Below are positions 1-9,168 of a DNA stretch of 64,000 nt, piece by piece. The notes beneath the pieces were generated by a model. The model had not been told where the DNA came from. It ran no database searches and saw only the letters and a program-made list of their open reading frames with translations. The DNA is taken from positions 186,001 through 250,000 of the forward strand of contig NZ_JMCB01000003.1 in NCBI RefSeq assembly GCF_000737315.1, in the 5' to 3' direction. Source of the DNA: Hyalangium minutum. Its GTDB lineage: Bacteria > Myxococcota > Myxococcia > Myxococcales > Myxococcaceae. A program made the position numbers and the translations under genes. Every line of letters begins with the position of its first letter. The first letter of the stretch is position 1.

Positions 1-2
1 AG

Positions 3-419
3 AAGCCTCGGGTGAAGAACCTGTGCATCGCGGTCAAGGAGCACGGTGGCAAGGTGCTCTTCCTGCGCAAGCTGGTGCCCGGCGGTGCGAACCGTTCCTA
101 CGGCATCGAGGTGGCCAAGCTGGCCGGCTTGCCCCAGGAGGTGGTGGCCCGCGCTCGGGACATCCTCCAGAACCTGGAGTCCGGGGAGCTGGATGAGGCA
201 GGGCGTCCTCGCGCTGCGGTCCGCCGGGGTTCCCGCGTGGCGGCTGGGCAGCTCGGGCTCTTCGGGGGAGAGGCGAGTGGGGGAGCAACGCCGGAGGTTC
301 CCGCTGTACCCCCCGCGCAGCAGAAGGTGCTGGATGCGCTGCGCAACACCTCGCTGGACACCACCACGCCGCTGGAGGCCCTCAACCTCCTGGCACGGCT
401 CCAGAAGGAGTTGAAGTAA
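3..419 (+). CDS. mutS: DNA mismatch repair protein MutS, C-terminal end (5' truncated by window edge)
   Basis: Reads RVKNLCIAVKEHGGKVLFLRKLVPGGANRSYGIEVAKLAGLP (MutS ATPase/HTH end, SYG motif) and ends in the TTPLEALNLLARLQ tetramerisation helix. Confidence 0.93.
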   Translation, partial: KPRVKNLCIAVKEHGGKVLFLRKLVPGGANRSYGIEVAKLAGLPQEVVARARDILQNLESGELDEAGRPRAAVRRGSRVAAGQLGLFGGEASGGATPEVPAVPPAQQKVLDALRNTSLDTTTPLEALNLLARLQKELK

Positions 420-446
420 AAGGGGGCGAGCCAAGGAGGCCGCCTC

Positions 447-1211
447 GTGCAGTTCGCCATTCCTCACGCGCCCCGGCGTGTCCGCTTTTCCCAGGTGCCC
501 GGCGCCGTGGGAAGGCTGGTGCGCACTGTCATCCTTGGGCTCCTGTTCATGGCCGTTGTCGGCGCGGGGGCTGCCTTCGCTGGGCGCTTCTTCATCAAGG
601 AGCGCGACTTCTTCGCTCGGGCCGAGGAGGTGGAGGGGTTCGTCGCGAGCAGCAAGCTGCCGCCCCCGGAGAAGCGTGTCGACGCTGAAGCCACCCTGGA
701 GGTGCTCTACAGCGTCGACGAGCGGCAATACACCGTGAACGGCGTGCGCACCGCCGCTGAGTACGCCGAGGGGCTCGGCCGGGGCGCACAGGTGAAGCTG
801 CTCGTGGACCCGAGCCAGCCGGACAAGCCCCGCGAGGCTCAGTTCGCTCGTGCACAGTCCGGTGCCATCAACCTGCTCCCGTGGGGGTTGGGTGTTGGGG
901 CGCTCGGCGCCGTGGTCCTGTTCCTGCGCGAGCTGCGCCGCACCATCCGCGCCGAGCTCGAGCCCCTGCGCCGGGGTGATCTGGTCTGGCTCACGCCGGA
1001 TGGGCCTCTGCCTGAGACTCGCAGCGAGACCGTCTTCCCCGCCTCCTACTACCGCAAGGATGTGAAGCACGCCGTCCGCGCCCGCGCCCGCCCGGGCCGC
1101 GCCCCGGTGCGCAATGGAGCCAAGGTGCTCGCCGCGGTGATCCCCCGCGAGCAGGACTGGGTCCGCGTCATCGACGAGGATCTGGCCCGTACCCTCGGCT
1201 GGATTCGTTGA
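447..1211 (+). CDS. DUF3592-like membrane protein
   Basis: GTG start 8 nt after AGGAGG; TM helix, small beta domain (LEVLYSVDERQY...GAQVKLLVDPSQP), second TM helix. Confidence 0.6.
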   Translation: MQFAIPHAPRRVRFSQVPGAVGRLVRTVILGLLFMAVVGAGAAFAGRFFIKERDFFARAEEVEGFVASSKLPPPEKRVDAEATLEVLYSVDERQYTVNGVRTAAEYAEGLGRGAQVKLLVDPSQPDKPREAQFARAQSGAINLLPWGLGVGALGAVVLFLRELRRTIRAELEPLRRGDLVWLTPDGPLPETRSETVFPASYYRKDVKHAVRARARPGRAPVRNGAKVLAAVIPREQDWVRVIDEDLARTLGWIR

Positions 1212-1304
1212 GCCGCGAGGGCAGGGGAGAACCGAAAATTTGCGGGTGCAAGGAGCCCATGACACACATCTGTAGCTGTCGATCCCCGTGTGTCCGGAGG
1301 CTTC

Positions 1305-3002
1305 ATGCGCGCTCGCCTCGCCCTCTTCCTGCTGCTGCTGTCGAGTGTCGCCTCCGCGGCGAAGCGGGATGCGGCCGAAGAGGCCTACCAGGAGGCGCGC
1401 ACGGCCTACTACGTCCTCAAGGGAGACGCAGTGCGGCGCAAGCTGCGCCACCACTGGCTCAACGTCGCCCGCCGCTTCGAGGCCGTCGCCACCGACCACC
1501 CCAAGAGCCCTCGCGCACCAGACGCCCTCTTCACCGCCGGCGAGCTGATGAACGAGCTGAGCCGGATCTCCTTCCTCCTGGAGGATCTCCAGTCCGCCGC
1601 GGGCGACTACTCGAAGGTTGTCGAGAACCACCCGCGTCACCGCCTCGCGGATGACGCCGCGCTCTCGCTGGCCCGCATCTATCTGGATCGCCTGGACCAC
1701 CCCGATGCCGCTCGCCGCGTCATCACCGACAGCCTCGCCAACAACAGCAAGGGTGACCGGGCCCGTGAGCTGAAGGAACTGCTGGCCTCGCTGCCCACGC
1801 CCAAGACGCCGCCCCCTCCCGCTCGCAAGCCCGCCGCGCCCGCTGTTGCCGAGGCGGCTCCTGCTCCCGCTGCGCAGCCGGATGCGTCCAAGGCGGGAAC
1901 ATCGCTGGTGGATGCCATCTCCAAGCTGGCGCGTGAGTCGGGACCCACCAACGCGGCTCCTGCCCCCGAGGCTCAGGATTCCAAGGCCAGCAGCGAGGCT
2001 CCGCGCGTCGTCGTCATCACCCCGATGAAGACGGCTGAGGCGCCCGTGCCCACCGCGAAGGACTCGAAGGTGGCGGCCACGCCCGCCGCTCCGGCCAGTG
2101 CGCCCGCCCCGGTGGCGGTGACGCTGCCCTCCAAGCCGAAGACCGAGCCGGTCGCTGTCTCCGTGGTGAAGTCTGCTCCCGAGCCCACCGTGGTGCCCGT
2201 GAAGCCCGCGCCCTCCAATCCCGTCCTGGACCCGCACATCGCCGAGGCTCGGATGAAGACCGCCGCGAAGCTGTCGCGCCGCGCGGAGCTGACGCTCGTC
2301 GAGCAGCTCGGCCTCAAGGTCCGCCGCGTCATCATCGATCCCGGCCACGGGGGCCACGACACGGGCGCCATCGGGAAGAACGGGACGCGCGAGAAGGACA
2401 TCACCCTGGCCATCTCCCTGAAGCTCGCCGAGGAGCTCAAGGAGCGCGGCCTGGAGGTCATCCTCACCCGCGAGGACGATCACTACGTCCGGCTCGAGGA
2501 TCGCGCCCAGTTCGCCAATGAGTCCCGCGGCGACCTGTTCATCTCCATCCACTGCAACTCCGCCGCGAGCTCCAAGCTCCACGGCGTGGAGACGTACACG
2601 CTCAACATCTCCGCGGATCGCTACTCCATCCGGCTCGCCGCGCGCGAGAACGCCTCCACCGAGAAGGGCATCAGCGATCTCCAGTTCATCCTCGCGGACC
2701 TGGCCACCAAGGCGAACACCGGCGAGTCCACCCGCCTGGCCTCCCAGGTCCAGAAGAGCCTCGTGGGCCAGCTGTCCAAGGAGTATTCGGACATCAAGGA
2801 TCTGGGCAACAAGGAGGCGCTCTTCTACGTGCTGCTCGGCGTCAAGATGCCCGCGATCCTCGTGGAGACCGCCTTCCTGTCCCACTCCGAGGAGGAGCAG
2901 CGCCTGGGCTCCGAGGCGTACCAGGACAGCGTGGCTCAGGCGATCGCCCAGGGCGTGGAGGAGTTCCTCGGGGATCGCAACAAGCTGGCCAAGGTCGATT
3001 GA
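1305..3002 (+). CDS. N-acetylmuramoyl-L-alanine amidase (Amidase_3) with N-terminal TPR-like region and Pro/Ala linker
   Basis: ATG after GGAGG; signal peptide; Zn ligands IIDPGHGG, REKD, ISIHCN and catalytic ILVET all present. Confidence 0.9.
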   Translation: MRARLALFLLLLSSVASAAKRDAAEEAYQEARTAYYVLKGDAVRRKLRHHWLNVARRFEAVATDHPKSPRAPDALFTAGELMNELSRISFLLEDLQSAAGDYSKVVENHPRHRLADDAALSLARIYLDRLDHPDAARRVITDSLANNSKGDRARELKELLASLPTPKTPPPPARKPAAPAVAEAAPAPAAQPDASKAGTSLVDAISKLARESGPTNAAPAPEAQDSKASSEAPRVVVITPMKTAEAPVPTAKDSKVAATPAAPASAPAPVAVTLPSKPKTEPVAVSVVKSAPEPTVVPVKPAPSNPVLDPHIAEARMKTAAKLSRRAELTLVEQLGLKVRRVIIDPGHGGHDTGAIGKNGTREKDITLAISLKLAEELKERGLEVILTREDDHYVRLEDRAQFANESRGDLFISIHCNSAASSKLHGVETYTLNISADRYSIRLAARENASTEKGISDLQFILADLATKANTGESTRLASQVQKSLVGQLSKEYSDIKDLGNKEALFYVLLGVKMPAILVETAFLSHSEEEQRLGSEAYQDSVAQAIAQGVEEFLGDRNKLAKVD

Positions 3003-3029
3003 CCGGCGAGTGAGGCCCCTCCGCCGGTC
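3001..3029. terminator. Hairpin between convergent genes, possible bidirectional terminator
   Basis: GACCGGCG (3001-3008) pairs with CGCCGGTC (3022-3029); no U-tract. Confidence 0.4.
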
Positions 3030-3046
3030 CCTCGGCCCTCGCGTCC

Positions 3047-3811
3047 TCACGAGATGGACGGCAGCCCGTCCTTGCGGTTCAGCGAGAAGTCGTGAGGCGT
3101 GGAGGGAGCCGGAGGAGGCTCGGGCAGCTGCGGCTCCGGTCGCGGCATGGGGACCGGCGCGTTGAGATCCCTGTACACGCGGCGGCCGAGGAAGGCCCCC
3201 AGCACCAGCGAGATGAACAGACCGATGCCGGACACCAGGGTCATGATCGTCCGCCCCTGGGCCAGTCCACTCCCGAACTGCACGATGAGGAACGTGCCGG
3301 GCAGAGTGCCGACCATGATTCCCGCGATGGACGGCCAGAAGCGCGCCCCCGAGGCCGCCGCCGCCGCCAGCATCATGTCCGTGGGCAGCAGCGGGTTGAT
3401 GCAGGTGAGCAGGGCAAACTGGAAGTCATGCTTGCTCGCGGCGCGGGACAGCGCCTCGTAGTGCTCGCCGGCCAGGCGCTTCATCGGCCGTACGCCCAGC
3501 TTCCGGGCAATCCCGAACACCACGGTCGACGCCAGGAAGCTCCCGATCAGCGCATAGACCGTGCCCATCAGCGTGCCGAACACCATGCCGCCTACTGCGG
3601 CGAACAGCGTGCCCGGCAAGAGCGTCAGCGGGCGGAGGGCCAGGGCAAACAGGTACGCGAACGGGGCGGCCTTGCCCATGGGCTCAATGAAGTCGCGGAG
3701 CTGGCGCTGGTCGATGACATCCGGTCCCAGCAACCTCAGCAGCAGCAACCCGCCAATGGACGCCCCCACGGGTGCCAGGACGCGCAGCCACTTCTTCACC
3801 CCGCCTTTCAC
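3047..3811 (-). CDS. TVP38/TMEM64 (VTT/DedA, SNARE-associated) family membrane protein
   Basis: GTG at 3811 preceded by GGAGG; PLTLLPGTLFAAVGGMVFG...GT.YALIGS and INPLLPTD motifs. Confidence 0.85.
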   Translation of the reverse strand: MKGGVKKWLRVLAPVGASIGGLLLLRLLGPDVIDQRQLRDFIEPMGKAAPFAYLFALALRPLTLLPGTLFAAVGGMVFGTLMGTVYALIGSFLASTVVFGIARKLGVRPMKRLAGEHYEALSRAASKHDFQFALLTCINPLLPTDMMLAAAAASGARFWPSIAGIMVGTLPGTFLIVQFGSGLAQGRTIMTLVSGIGLFISLVLGAFLGRRVYRDLNAPVPMPRPEPQLPEPPPAPSTPHDFSLNRKDGLPSIS

Positions 3812-4113
3812 GCTCCACCTCCCCGACATGGACCGACACAAGTGCCCGCCAGAAGGTGCTCCTTGTTAGGGAAGAAGCAATAGAGGCCCGGATGTTCTCA
3901 ACACAGAAGCATCCTGCCGGGCAGGCATCAGCTCGGCCAGGACGCCTAGCAAGCCTGACAACCTCTCGTAATCATTGGGATTTGAGTGCGGTTTGTCGGG
4001 TGGTGACGGCTGGCGGTGTACGGAGCTTGCTTGCATCGGGGCGCTTCCGTCCCAAGGTTTCAGGCAAGGGGCACCGTGCGAGGCGTCGGGCAGTAACGAG
4101 AGGAGATGGCGAT

Positions 4114-4551
4114 ATGTCGGACAAGGACAACAAGGGCAGCATGACGGTGGCGGAGGCGGGGCGTAAGGGTGGCGAGACCGTTCGCAACGAGCGAGGTCGT
4201 GAGTTCTACGAGACCATCGGTCGTAAGGGCGGTGCGACGGTCAAGGCCGAGCGGGGCCGCTCCTTCTACGAGGAGATTGGCCGCAAGGGCGGCGAGACCG
4301 TGAAGGCCGAGCGGGGCGCCAAGTTCTACGAGGAGATCGGCAAGAAGGGTGGCGACCGCGTGAAGGCCACCCGCGGGCCGAACTTCTACGAGGAGATTGG
4401 GCGCAAGGGTGGGCAGAAGGTGAAGAAGCTCATCGAGGAGGGCAAGCGCGCGGCCCGCGCGGCCATGGCCCAGTCGGAGAAGCCCGCCGAGGAGCCGGCC
4501 GCGCCTGCGGCCCCCGTGGCCGAAGAGGGCCAGGAGCCTCATCGCGAGTAG
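4114..4551 (+). CDS. KGG-repeat general stress protein (GsiB/Em/Con-10-like)
   Basis: ATG 4114 after AGGAG; five G[RK]KGG motifs at 22-aa spacing (FYEEIGRKGGETVKAERG). Confidence 0.85.
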   Translation: MSDKDNKGSMTVAEAGRKGGETVRNERGREFYETIGRKGGATVKAERGRSFYEEIGRKGGETVKAERGAKFYEEIGKKGGDRVKATRGPNFYEEIGRKGGQKVKKLIEEGKRAARAAMAQSEKPAEEPAAPAAPVAEEGQEPHRE

Positions 4552-4590
4552 CTGCGTGACGCAGGGACACGGACCCGGTAAGAGGGGTGT

Positions 4591-4929
4591 GTGTTCCTCG
4601 TCATCACGCTGCTGGACCAGGTAGAGCAGCTCGAGCGGGCGATCCGCCGGCTCCGGGATTTTGGAATTCCGGAGCCGCTGGTGGTCCGTGCTCGGAGCGC
4701 GGCGGCCGCCCTGTCGGCCGAGGTGCCTGTCTTCGCGGGCCTGCGCAGTCTGGCGCTGGGCGCGGACGAGGATCGGCTTCTGCTCTTGAGCTTGCTGCCT
4801 CAGCCCAGCGCGGAGGAAGCCGAGCGGCTGATCCAGCGCGTCCAGTTGGAGATGGACGCGGACGAGCCCCCCATGGGGCGGCTGGTGGCGCTGCCGGTGA
4901 TCGCGGCCCCGCTCTTTCGCCGACCGTGA
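4591..4929 (+). CDS. Small P-II-like protein preceding antiporter genes
   Basis: 112 aa; MFLVITLL...EVPVFAGLRSL...GRLVALPV pattern resembles P-II-fold proteins; same strand and directly upstream of two antiporter genes. Confidence 0.5.
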   Translation: MFLVITLLDQVEQLERAIRRLRDFGIPEPLVVRARSAAAALSAEVPVFAGLRSLALGADEDRLLLLSLLPQPSAEEAERLIQRVQLEMDADEPPMGRLVALPVIAAPLFRRP

Positions 4930-4962
4930 CGAGGGCGCCCGGGCGGTGTAAGCACGGGAGCC

Positions 4963-6165
4963 ATGCAGGCGCTGCTCGTCTTCCTCGCCATCGCGGCGCT
5001 CTCATTGCTTGCTTCAAGCCGGATCCTGCTGGATCCCAGCCGGTTGCCCGGTGTGGCCCAGCTGGCGGCCAGCGGGCTCACTTTCCTCGTCTTCGGTATC
5101 CTGCTGGGGCCGGGGCTCGTGGGTGTGCTTTCCCCGGTGGATCTCCAGGGGCTCCTGCCCGTGGTGTCCCTGGGGCTCGGCACGGCCGGCGTCATTCTGG
5201 GGCTGAACCTGGAGCCACGGCTCTTGCGGCGGCTGCCCCGGCCGGTGTTCTTCGCCGCCCTGGCTCACTCCGGGGTGGCTTTTCTTTTTGTCGCGGTGCC
5301 GCTGTCGGGCGCCATGCTGGTGACCACCCGGCTGCCCTTCGCGGCGGTGGTGGGCGGCGCGGCGCTGCTGGGCGCGGCGGCCAGCTTGTCCTCTGGCCAC
5401 TTCGCGGTGATGGGCTACCGGAGCGGGCGGATGGAGCGCTCGCGCGGGCTGGCCGTGGCGCTGCTGACCATGCTGGATGACGGGGTGGGGCTGATGGTGC
5501 TGGCCTTGGCCCTGGTGCTGGGCGCGGGGGCCAGCGTGGCCGAGGGCGTGGGGTTGGTGGCCCTGGCGCTCCTGCTGGGCGTAATGTGCGGCGCGCTGAT
5601 CGCTTTCCTCACGTATGCACTGAAGGACGTGGCCGAGCTGACGGCGGTGATGCTGGGCGGCGTGGCGCTGGTAGGCGGCGCGGCGGCGTACCTGCGCGTG
5701 TCAGCGCTGCTGGCGGGCGTGGCCTGCGGGGCGACGCTGGCGCTGGTGGGCGGCCGGGCGGTGGAGCAGGTGGCGCGGGCGCTCGGGCGCTTCGAGCGGC
5801 CCACCTATTTGATGATGGTGTTCCTCGCGGGCTGCTTCGTGCAGGCGCGCGACGTGGACGCGTGGGTGCTGCTGCCGGGGTACGTGGCGCTGCGGTTCCT
5901 CGGGAAGGTGTGGGGCGGCTCGCTGGCGCAGCGCTTCGCGGCGAACACGCTGGATCTGCCCTCTCAGCTCGGCTTCGCGCTCATTGCCCAGGGTGGGCTG
6001 GCGCTGTGCCTGGTGGTCCAGTACCTGCTGCTGGTGCCTGGGCCGCTGTCGCAGCACATCTTCGACGTGGTGGCCCTGGGCGCGGTGGTGAACGAGGTGC
6101 TGGCGAGCCGGGCCTTCCGGCAGGTGCTCGATCCGCACAGGCGGGCCCGGGAGGGCACGGCATGA
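4963..6165 (+). CDS. Cation:proton antiporter-like membrane protein (subunit A)
   Basis: About 12 TM helices; G.ILGP, GLNLE, LTMLDD and QGGLAL motifs of the Na_H_Exchanger fold. Confidence 0.75.
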   Translation: MQALLVFLAIAALSLLASSRILLDPSRLPGVAQLAASGLTFLVFGILLGPGLVGVLSPVDLQGLLPVVSLGLGTAGVILGLNLEPRLLRRLPRPVFFAALAHSGVAFLFVAVPLSGAMLVTTRLPFAAVVGGAALLGAAASLSSGHFAVMGYRSGRMERSRGLAVALLTMLDDGVGLMVLALALVLGAGASVAEGVGLVALALLLGVMCGALIAFLTYALKDVAELTAVMLGGVALVGGAAAYLRVSALLAGVACGATLALVGGRAVEQVARALGRFERPTYLMMVFLAGCFVQARDVDAWVLLPGYVALRFLGKVWGGSLAQRFAANTLDLPSQLGFALIAQGGLALCLVVQYLLLVPGPLSQHIFDVVALGAVVNEVLASRAFRQVLDPHRRAREGTA

Positions 6166-7460
6166 AGGGCGCGATCATCCGCTTGGGGCTGCTGGTCATG
6201 CTGCTGGCGGGCATCTCCCGGGTCCAGGAGTGGCGCGTGGACACCGGCAACTCGGTGATGCTGGCGGCCGGGGCGCTGCTGTTGTGCGGGCTGTTCGCGG
6301 GCAAGGTGGCCAAGGGCGTGGGGCTCCCGCGCCTCACGGGCTATTTGCTGGTGGGCGTGGTGGTGGGGCCCTACGCGCTGGGCTTCATCCCCGGCGAGGG
6401 CGTGAAGGGGCTGGAACTGGTGAAGGGGCTGGCGGTGAGCCTCATCGCCCTGGTGGCGGGCACGGAGCTGCACCTGGGGCTCATCCGCCGGGTGGGCACG
6501 AAGGTGGCCCTGCTGTGCACTGCCGTGTGCGGGGTGACGTTCGCGGTGTGCTTCGGGGCGCTGTTCGCGCTCAGGCCGCTGCTGCCCTTCCTCGCGTCCA
6601 TGACGGTGCCGCAGGCCCTGGCCACGAGCGCCCTGGTGTCCACCGTGGTGGTGTCCTTCTCGCCCACGGTGACGATCGCCATCGTCCAGGAGACCTCGGC
6701 GCGCGGCCCCTTCACCGAGTTCCTCATGGCCCTGGTCATCATCGGCGACCTGTTCGTCATGGTGGCCTTCGCGCTGGCGGCCGGTGTCACCCGCGCCAGC
6801 TTCGGCGGGGGCTTCGATCTCAAGGGGCTGCTGGGCGGGGTGGGGTGGGAGCTGTTCGGCTCGGTGGGGGTGGGGGCGCTGCTGGCGGTGGCGATGCTCA
6901 TCTACATGCGCCGGGTGAACCGGGAGCTGCCGCTGTTCCTGGTGGCCCTGTGCTTCGCGGCGGCCGAGGGCGGTGCACGGCTGCACTTGTCCCCGCTGCT
7001 GGTGTCGCTGTCGGCCGGGGCATTGATCGCCAACCTGGACGAGCGCGAGAGCCAGCGCATCCACCACGCCATCCAGATGGCGGGCCTGCCCGTGTTCGCG
7101 CTCTTCTTCGCGGCGGCGGGCGCGGGGTTGAAGCTGTCCACGCTGGTGACAGTGGGGCCGGCGGCGCTGCTGCTGGTGGCGCTGCGGGCGCTGGCCATCC
7201 ACCAGTCCTGCCGCCGCTTCGCGCCCGTCGAGGACCCCCGGCTGCGGCGCTACCTGTGGATGGGGCTCATCTCCCAGGCGGGCGTCACTTTCGGGCTGGC
7301 GGCGCTCATCTCGCGGACCTTCCCAAGTTTTGGGCCCCAAGTGGAGGTGCTCATCGTCGCGATGATTACCACCCACGAACTGGTGGGCCCCGTGCTTACC
7401 CGCCGGGCACTGGAGCGCAGTGGGGAAGCGCGAGGGGACGAACGCCCGCAGACAGCGTAA
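6162..7460 (+). CDS. Cation:proton antiporter (Na_H_Exchanger family, subunit B)
   Basis: ATGA overlap with previous stop; GLPRLTGYLLVGVVVGP, AGTELH, SPTVTIAIVQE, SQAGVTFGL motifs. Confidence 0.88.
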   Translation: MKGAIIRLGLLVMLLAGISRVQEWRVDTGNSVMLAAGALLLCGLFAGKVAKGVGLPRLTGYLLVGVVVGPYALGFIPGEGVKGLELVKGLAVSLIALVAGTELHLGLIRRVGTKVALLCTAVCGVTFAVCFGALFALRPLLPFLASMTVPQALATSALVSTVVVSFSPTVTIAIVQETSARGPFTEFLMALVIIGDLFVMVAFALAAGVTRASFGGGFDLKGLLGGVGWELFGSVGVGALLAVAMLIYMRRVNRELPLFLVALCFAAAEGGARLHLSPLLVSLSAGALIANLDERESQRIHHAIQMAGLPVFALFFAAAGAGLKLSTLVTVGPAALLLVALRALAIHQSCRRFAPVEDPRLRRYLWMGLISQAGVTFGLAALISRTFPSFGPQVEVLIVAMITTHELVGPVLTRRALERSGEARGDERPQTA

Positions 7461-7484
7461 GCTAGGCGTTTCAGGAGAACCGGC

Positions 7485-8096
7485 TTGGCAGCGCCCATCA
7501 TCGAAGTAGACATTCAACACCCCCAGCCTCGGCATATTGCACGCGCAGTGCAGGTCCTCGAGCGTGGGGGCGTCATCGCCTATCCCACCGACACGTACTA
7601 CGGCCTGGGGTGCGACCTGATGTCGAAGAAGGCCATCGAGCGGCTGTACCAGCTCAAGGGGCGCGACAAGAAGAAGCCGCTGTCGTTCCTGTGCCCGGAC
7701 CTGTCGGACGTGGCGAAGTACGGGCACGTGAGCAACTTCGCCTACCGGACCATGAAGGGGCTGACGCCGGGAGCCTTCACGTTCATCCTCGAGGCCACCC
7801 GCGTGGTGCCCGAGATCATGATGTCGAAGCAGAAGCAGGTGGGCATCCGCGTGCCGGATGCGCCGCTGGCCCGGGCGCTGGCCGCGGGGCTGGGCCGGCC
7901 GATCATCACCACCTCGGCCAGCGACAGCGAGGGCGAACCTCTCATCGACGCCAAGGACATCAAGGAGAAGCTCGGACACGGATTGGATCTGATCCTCGAC
8001 GGAGGCGTGACGCTCATGGAGCCGTCCACGGTGGTGTCGCTGATTGGCGACTCGCTGGAAATCCTCCGCGAGGGCAAGGGCCGGCTGGACGCCTAG
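7485..8096 (+). CDS. L-threonylcarbamoyladenylate synthase family (Sua5/YrdC/YciO-like)
   Basis: TTG start after AGGAG; GGVIAYPTDTYYGLGC, KGR..KKPLS, VGIRVP, PIITTSA, LILDGG, PSTVVSL motifs. Confidence 0.9.
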   Translation: MAAPIIEVDIQHPQPRHIARAVQVLERGGVIAYPTDTYYGLGCDLMSKKAIERLYQLKGRDKKKPLSFLCPDLSDVAKYGHVSNFAYRTMKGLTPGAFTFILEATRVVPEIMMSKQKQVGIRVPDAPLARALAAGLGRPIITTSASDSEGEPLIDAKDIKEKLGHGLDLILDGGVTLMEPSTVVSLIGDSLEILREGKGRLDA

Positions 8097-8145
8097 GGGC
8101 AGGGGGAACGGCTTGGTCGATCTGCATGGCTCGCACGAGGCGTCA

Positions 8146-9132
8146 ATGGATGCGCCGGAGCGCATCCCCGGGATGCTCTCGCTGTTCTGGATGCTGCTGT
8201 GGCGGCCGGTGGATCTGCACTACCGGCTGCATGGCGCGGGCATCCGGGCCCCGGGCGGGCGTGTGGGGCAGCTCTGGCACGAGCAGGCCGAGGGCAGCCG
8301 CGCCGCGGGCCGCTATGTGCGGCGGATGATGATGTTGCTGCTGCTCATCTCTCCGTTGGTCACCTTCATCCTGGGCGTCGGAGTGCATGGCCTGGGGCTG
8401 ACGATGGCGCCTGGGTGGCTGGTGAGCGCGGTGCTGTGCTCGGTGATGGGGTTGTTCATTGCGCTCACCACGGGGCTGGCGGCTGGGACGTTGATGGGGC
8501 TGCTGGCCAGCCAGGCCATGGTGGTGGGCCTGCATGCGGTGGTGGGAGAGGCGTTCGGGCCTCGCATGGGAGGGTGGGCCGGCGTCGTCATGGGCGGATG
8601 CCTGGGGTTGGTGGGAGGGCTGTGCGCGGGCAGCATCGGCGCGCTCTCGCGCGGCCAGGGCCTGTCGATCAACCGCGTCCAGGTGGGCGCCATCGTGCTG
8701 AGCCTGGTGCCGATGACGGTGTGGGGACTGGGTGGGGCGTGGGGGTTCGGGGGCGCCGTGGCGGCGAGCGCGCTGGTGGCGTACCTGGTGGCTGCGTTCC
8801 GGCTGCCCATCTTCCTGTTGGAATCCGTGGTGCAGGCGGTGGTCTTCGCCCTGGAGCGGTGGATGGGCTGGGCCACGCTGCGGTGGGCTCCCATCAATCA
8901 CCACAACCTGAGCTACCTGCCATACCCCTTCCTGGCCGAGCACATGACGCTGGCGGCCCGCACGCGGCCCATGGAAGTGTTGGATGTGGCCAACGCGTGC
9001 CTGAAGTCTCCGGGCAACGCCCTGCTGGGGTGGCCCTGGGTGTTGGCGGCGCTGGCGCAGGCCGAGGAGGCGGCAGCGGCGGCAGCGGCGGCGCATCAAG
9101 CGCACGAAGAGGGGCCTCCCGAGGCGCCGTGA
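8146..9132 (+). CDS. Hypothetical Gly-rich multi-pass membrane protein
   Basis: High-GC3 ORF with about 6 Gly/Ala-rich hydrophobic segments; start codon uncertain. Confidence 0.6.
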   Translation: MDAPERIPGMLSLFWMLLWRPVDLHYRLHGAGIRAPGGRVGQLWHEQAEGSRAAGRYVRRMMMLLLLISPLVTFILGVGVHGLGLTMAPGWLVSAVLCSVMGLFIALTTGLAAGTLMGLLASQAMVVGLHAVVGEAFGPRMGGWAGVVMGGCLGLVGGLCAGSIGALSRGQGLSINRVQVGAIVLSLVPMTVWGLGGAWGFGGAVAASALVAYLVAAFRLPIFLLESVVQAVVFALERWMGWATLRWAPINHHNLSYLPYPFLAEHMTLAARTRPMEVLDVANACLKSPGNALLGWPWVLAALAQAEEAAAAAAAAHQAHEEGPPEAP

Positions 9133-9168
9133 GGTTGCCAAGGCGCGCTGCTCCGCTACCCTGACGCC

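Noticed and set aside
3960-4060. Sigma-54 promoter upstream of the KGG gene
   Set aside because: TGGC and TTGC are present but not at the required GG-N10-GC spacing
3772-4113. Upstream extensions suggested by the ORF track (also 5586, 13137, 17567, 21656, 28845, 61223)
   Set aside because: They overlap neighbouring genes or promoters; downstream starts have RBSs and correct signal peptides or domain boundaries
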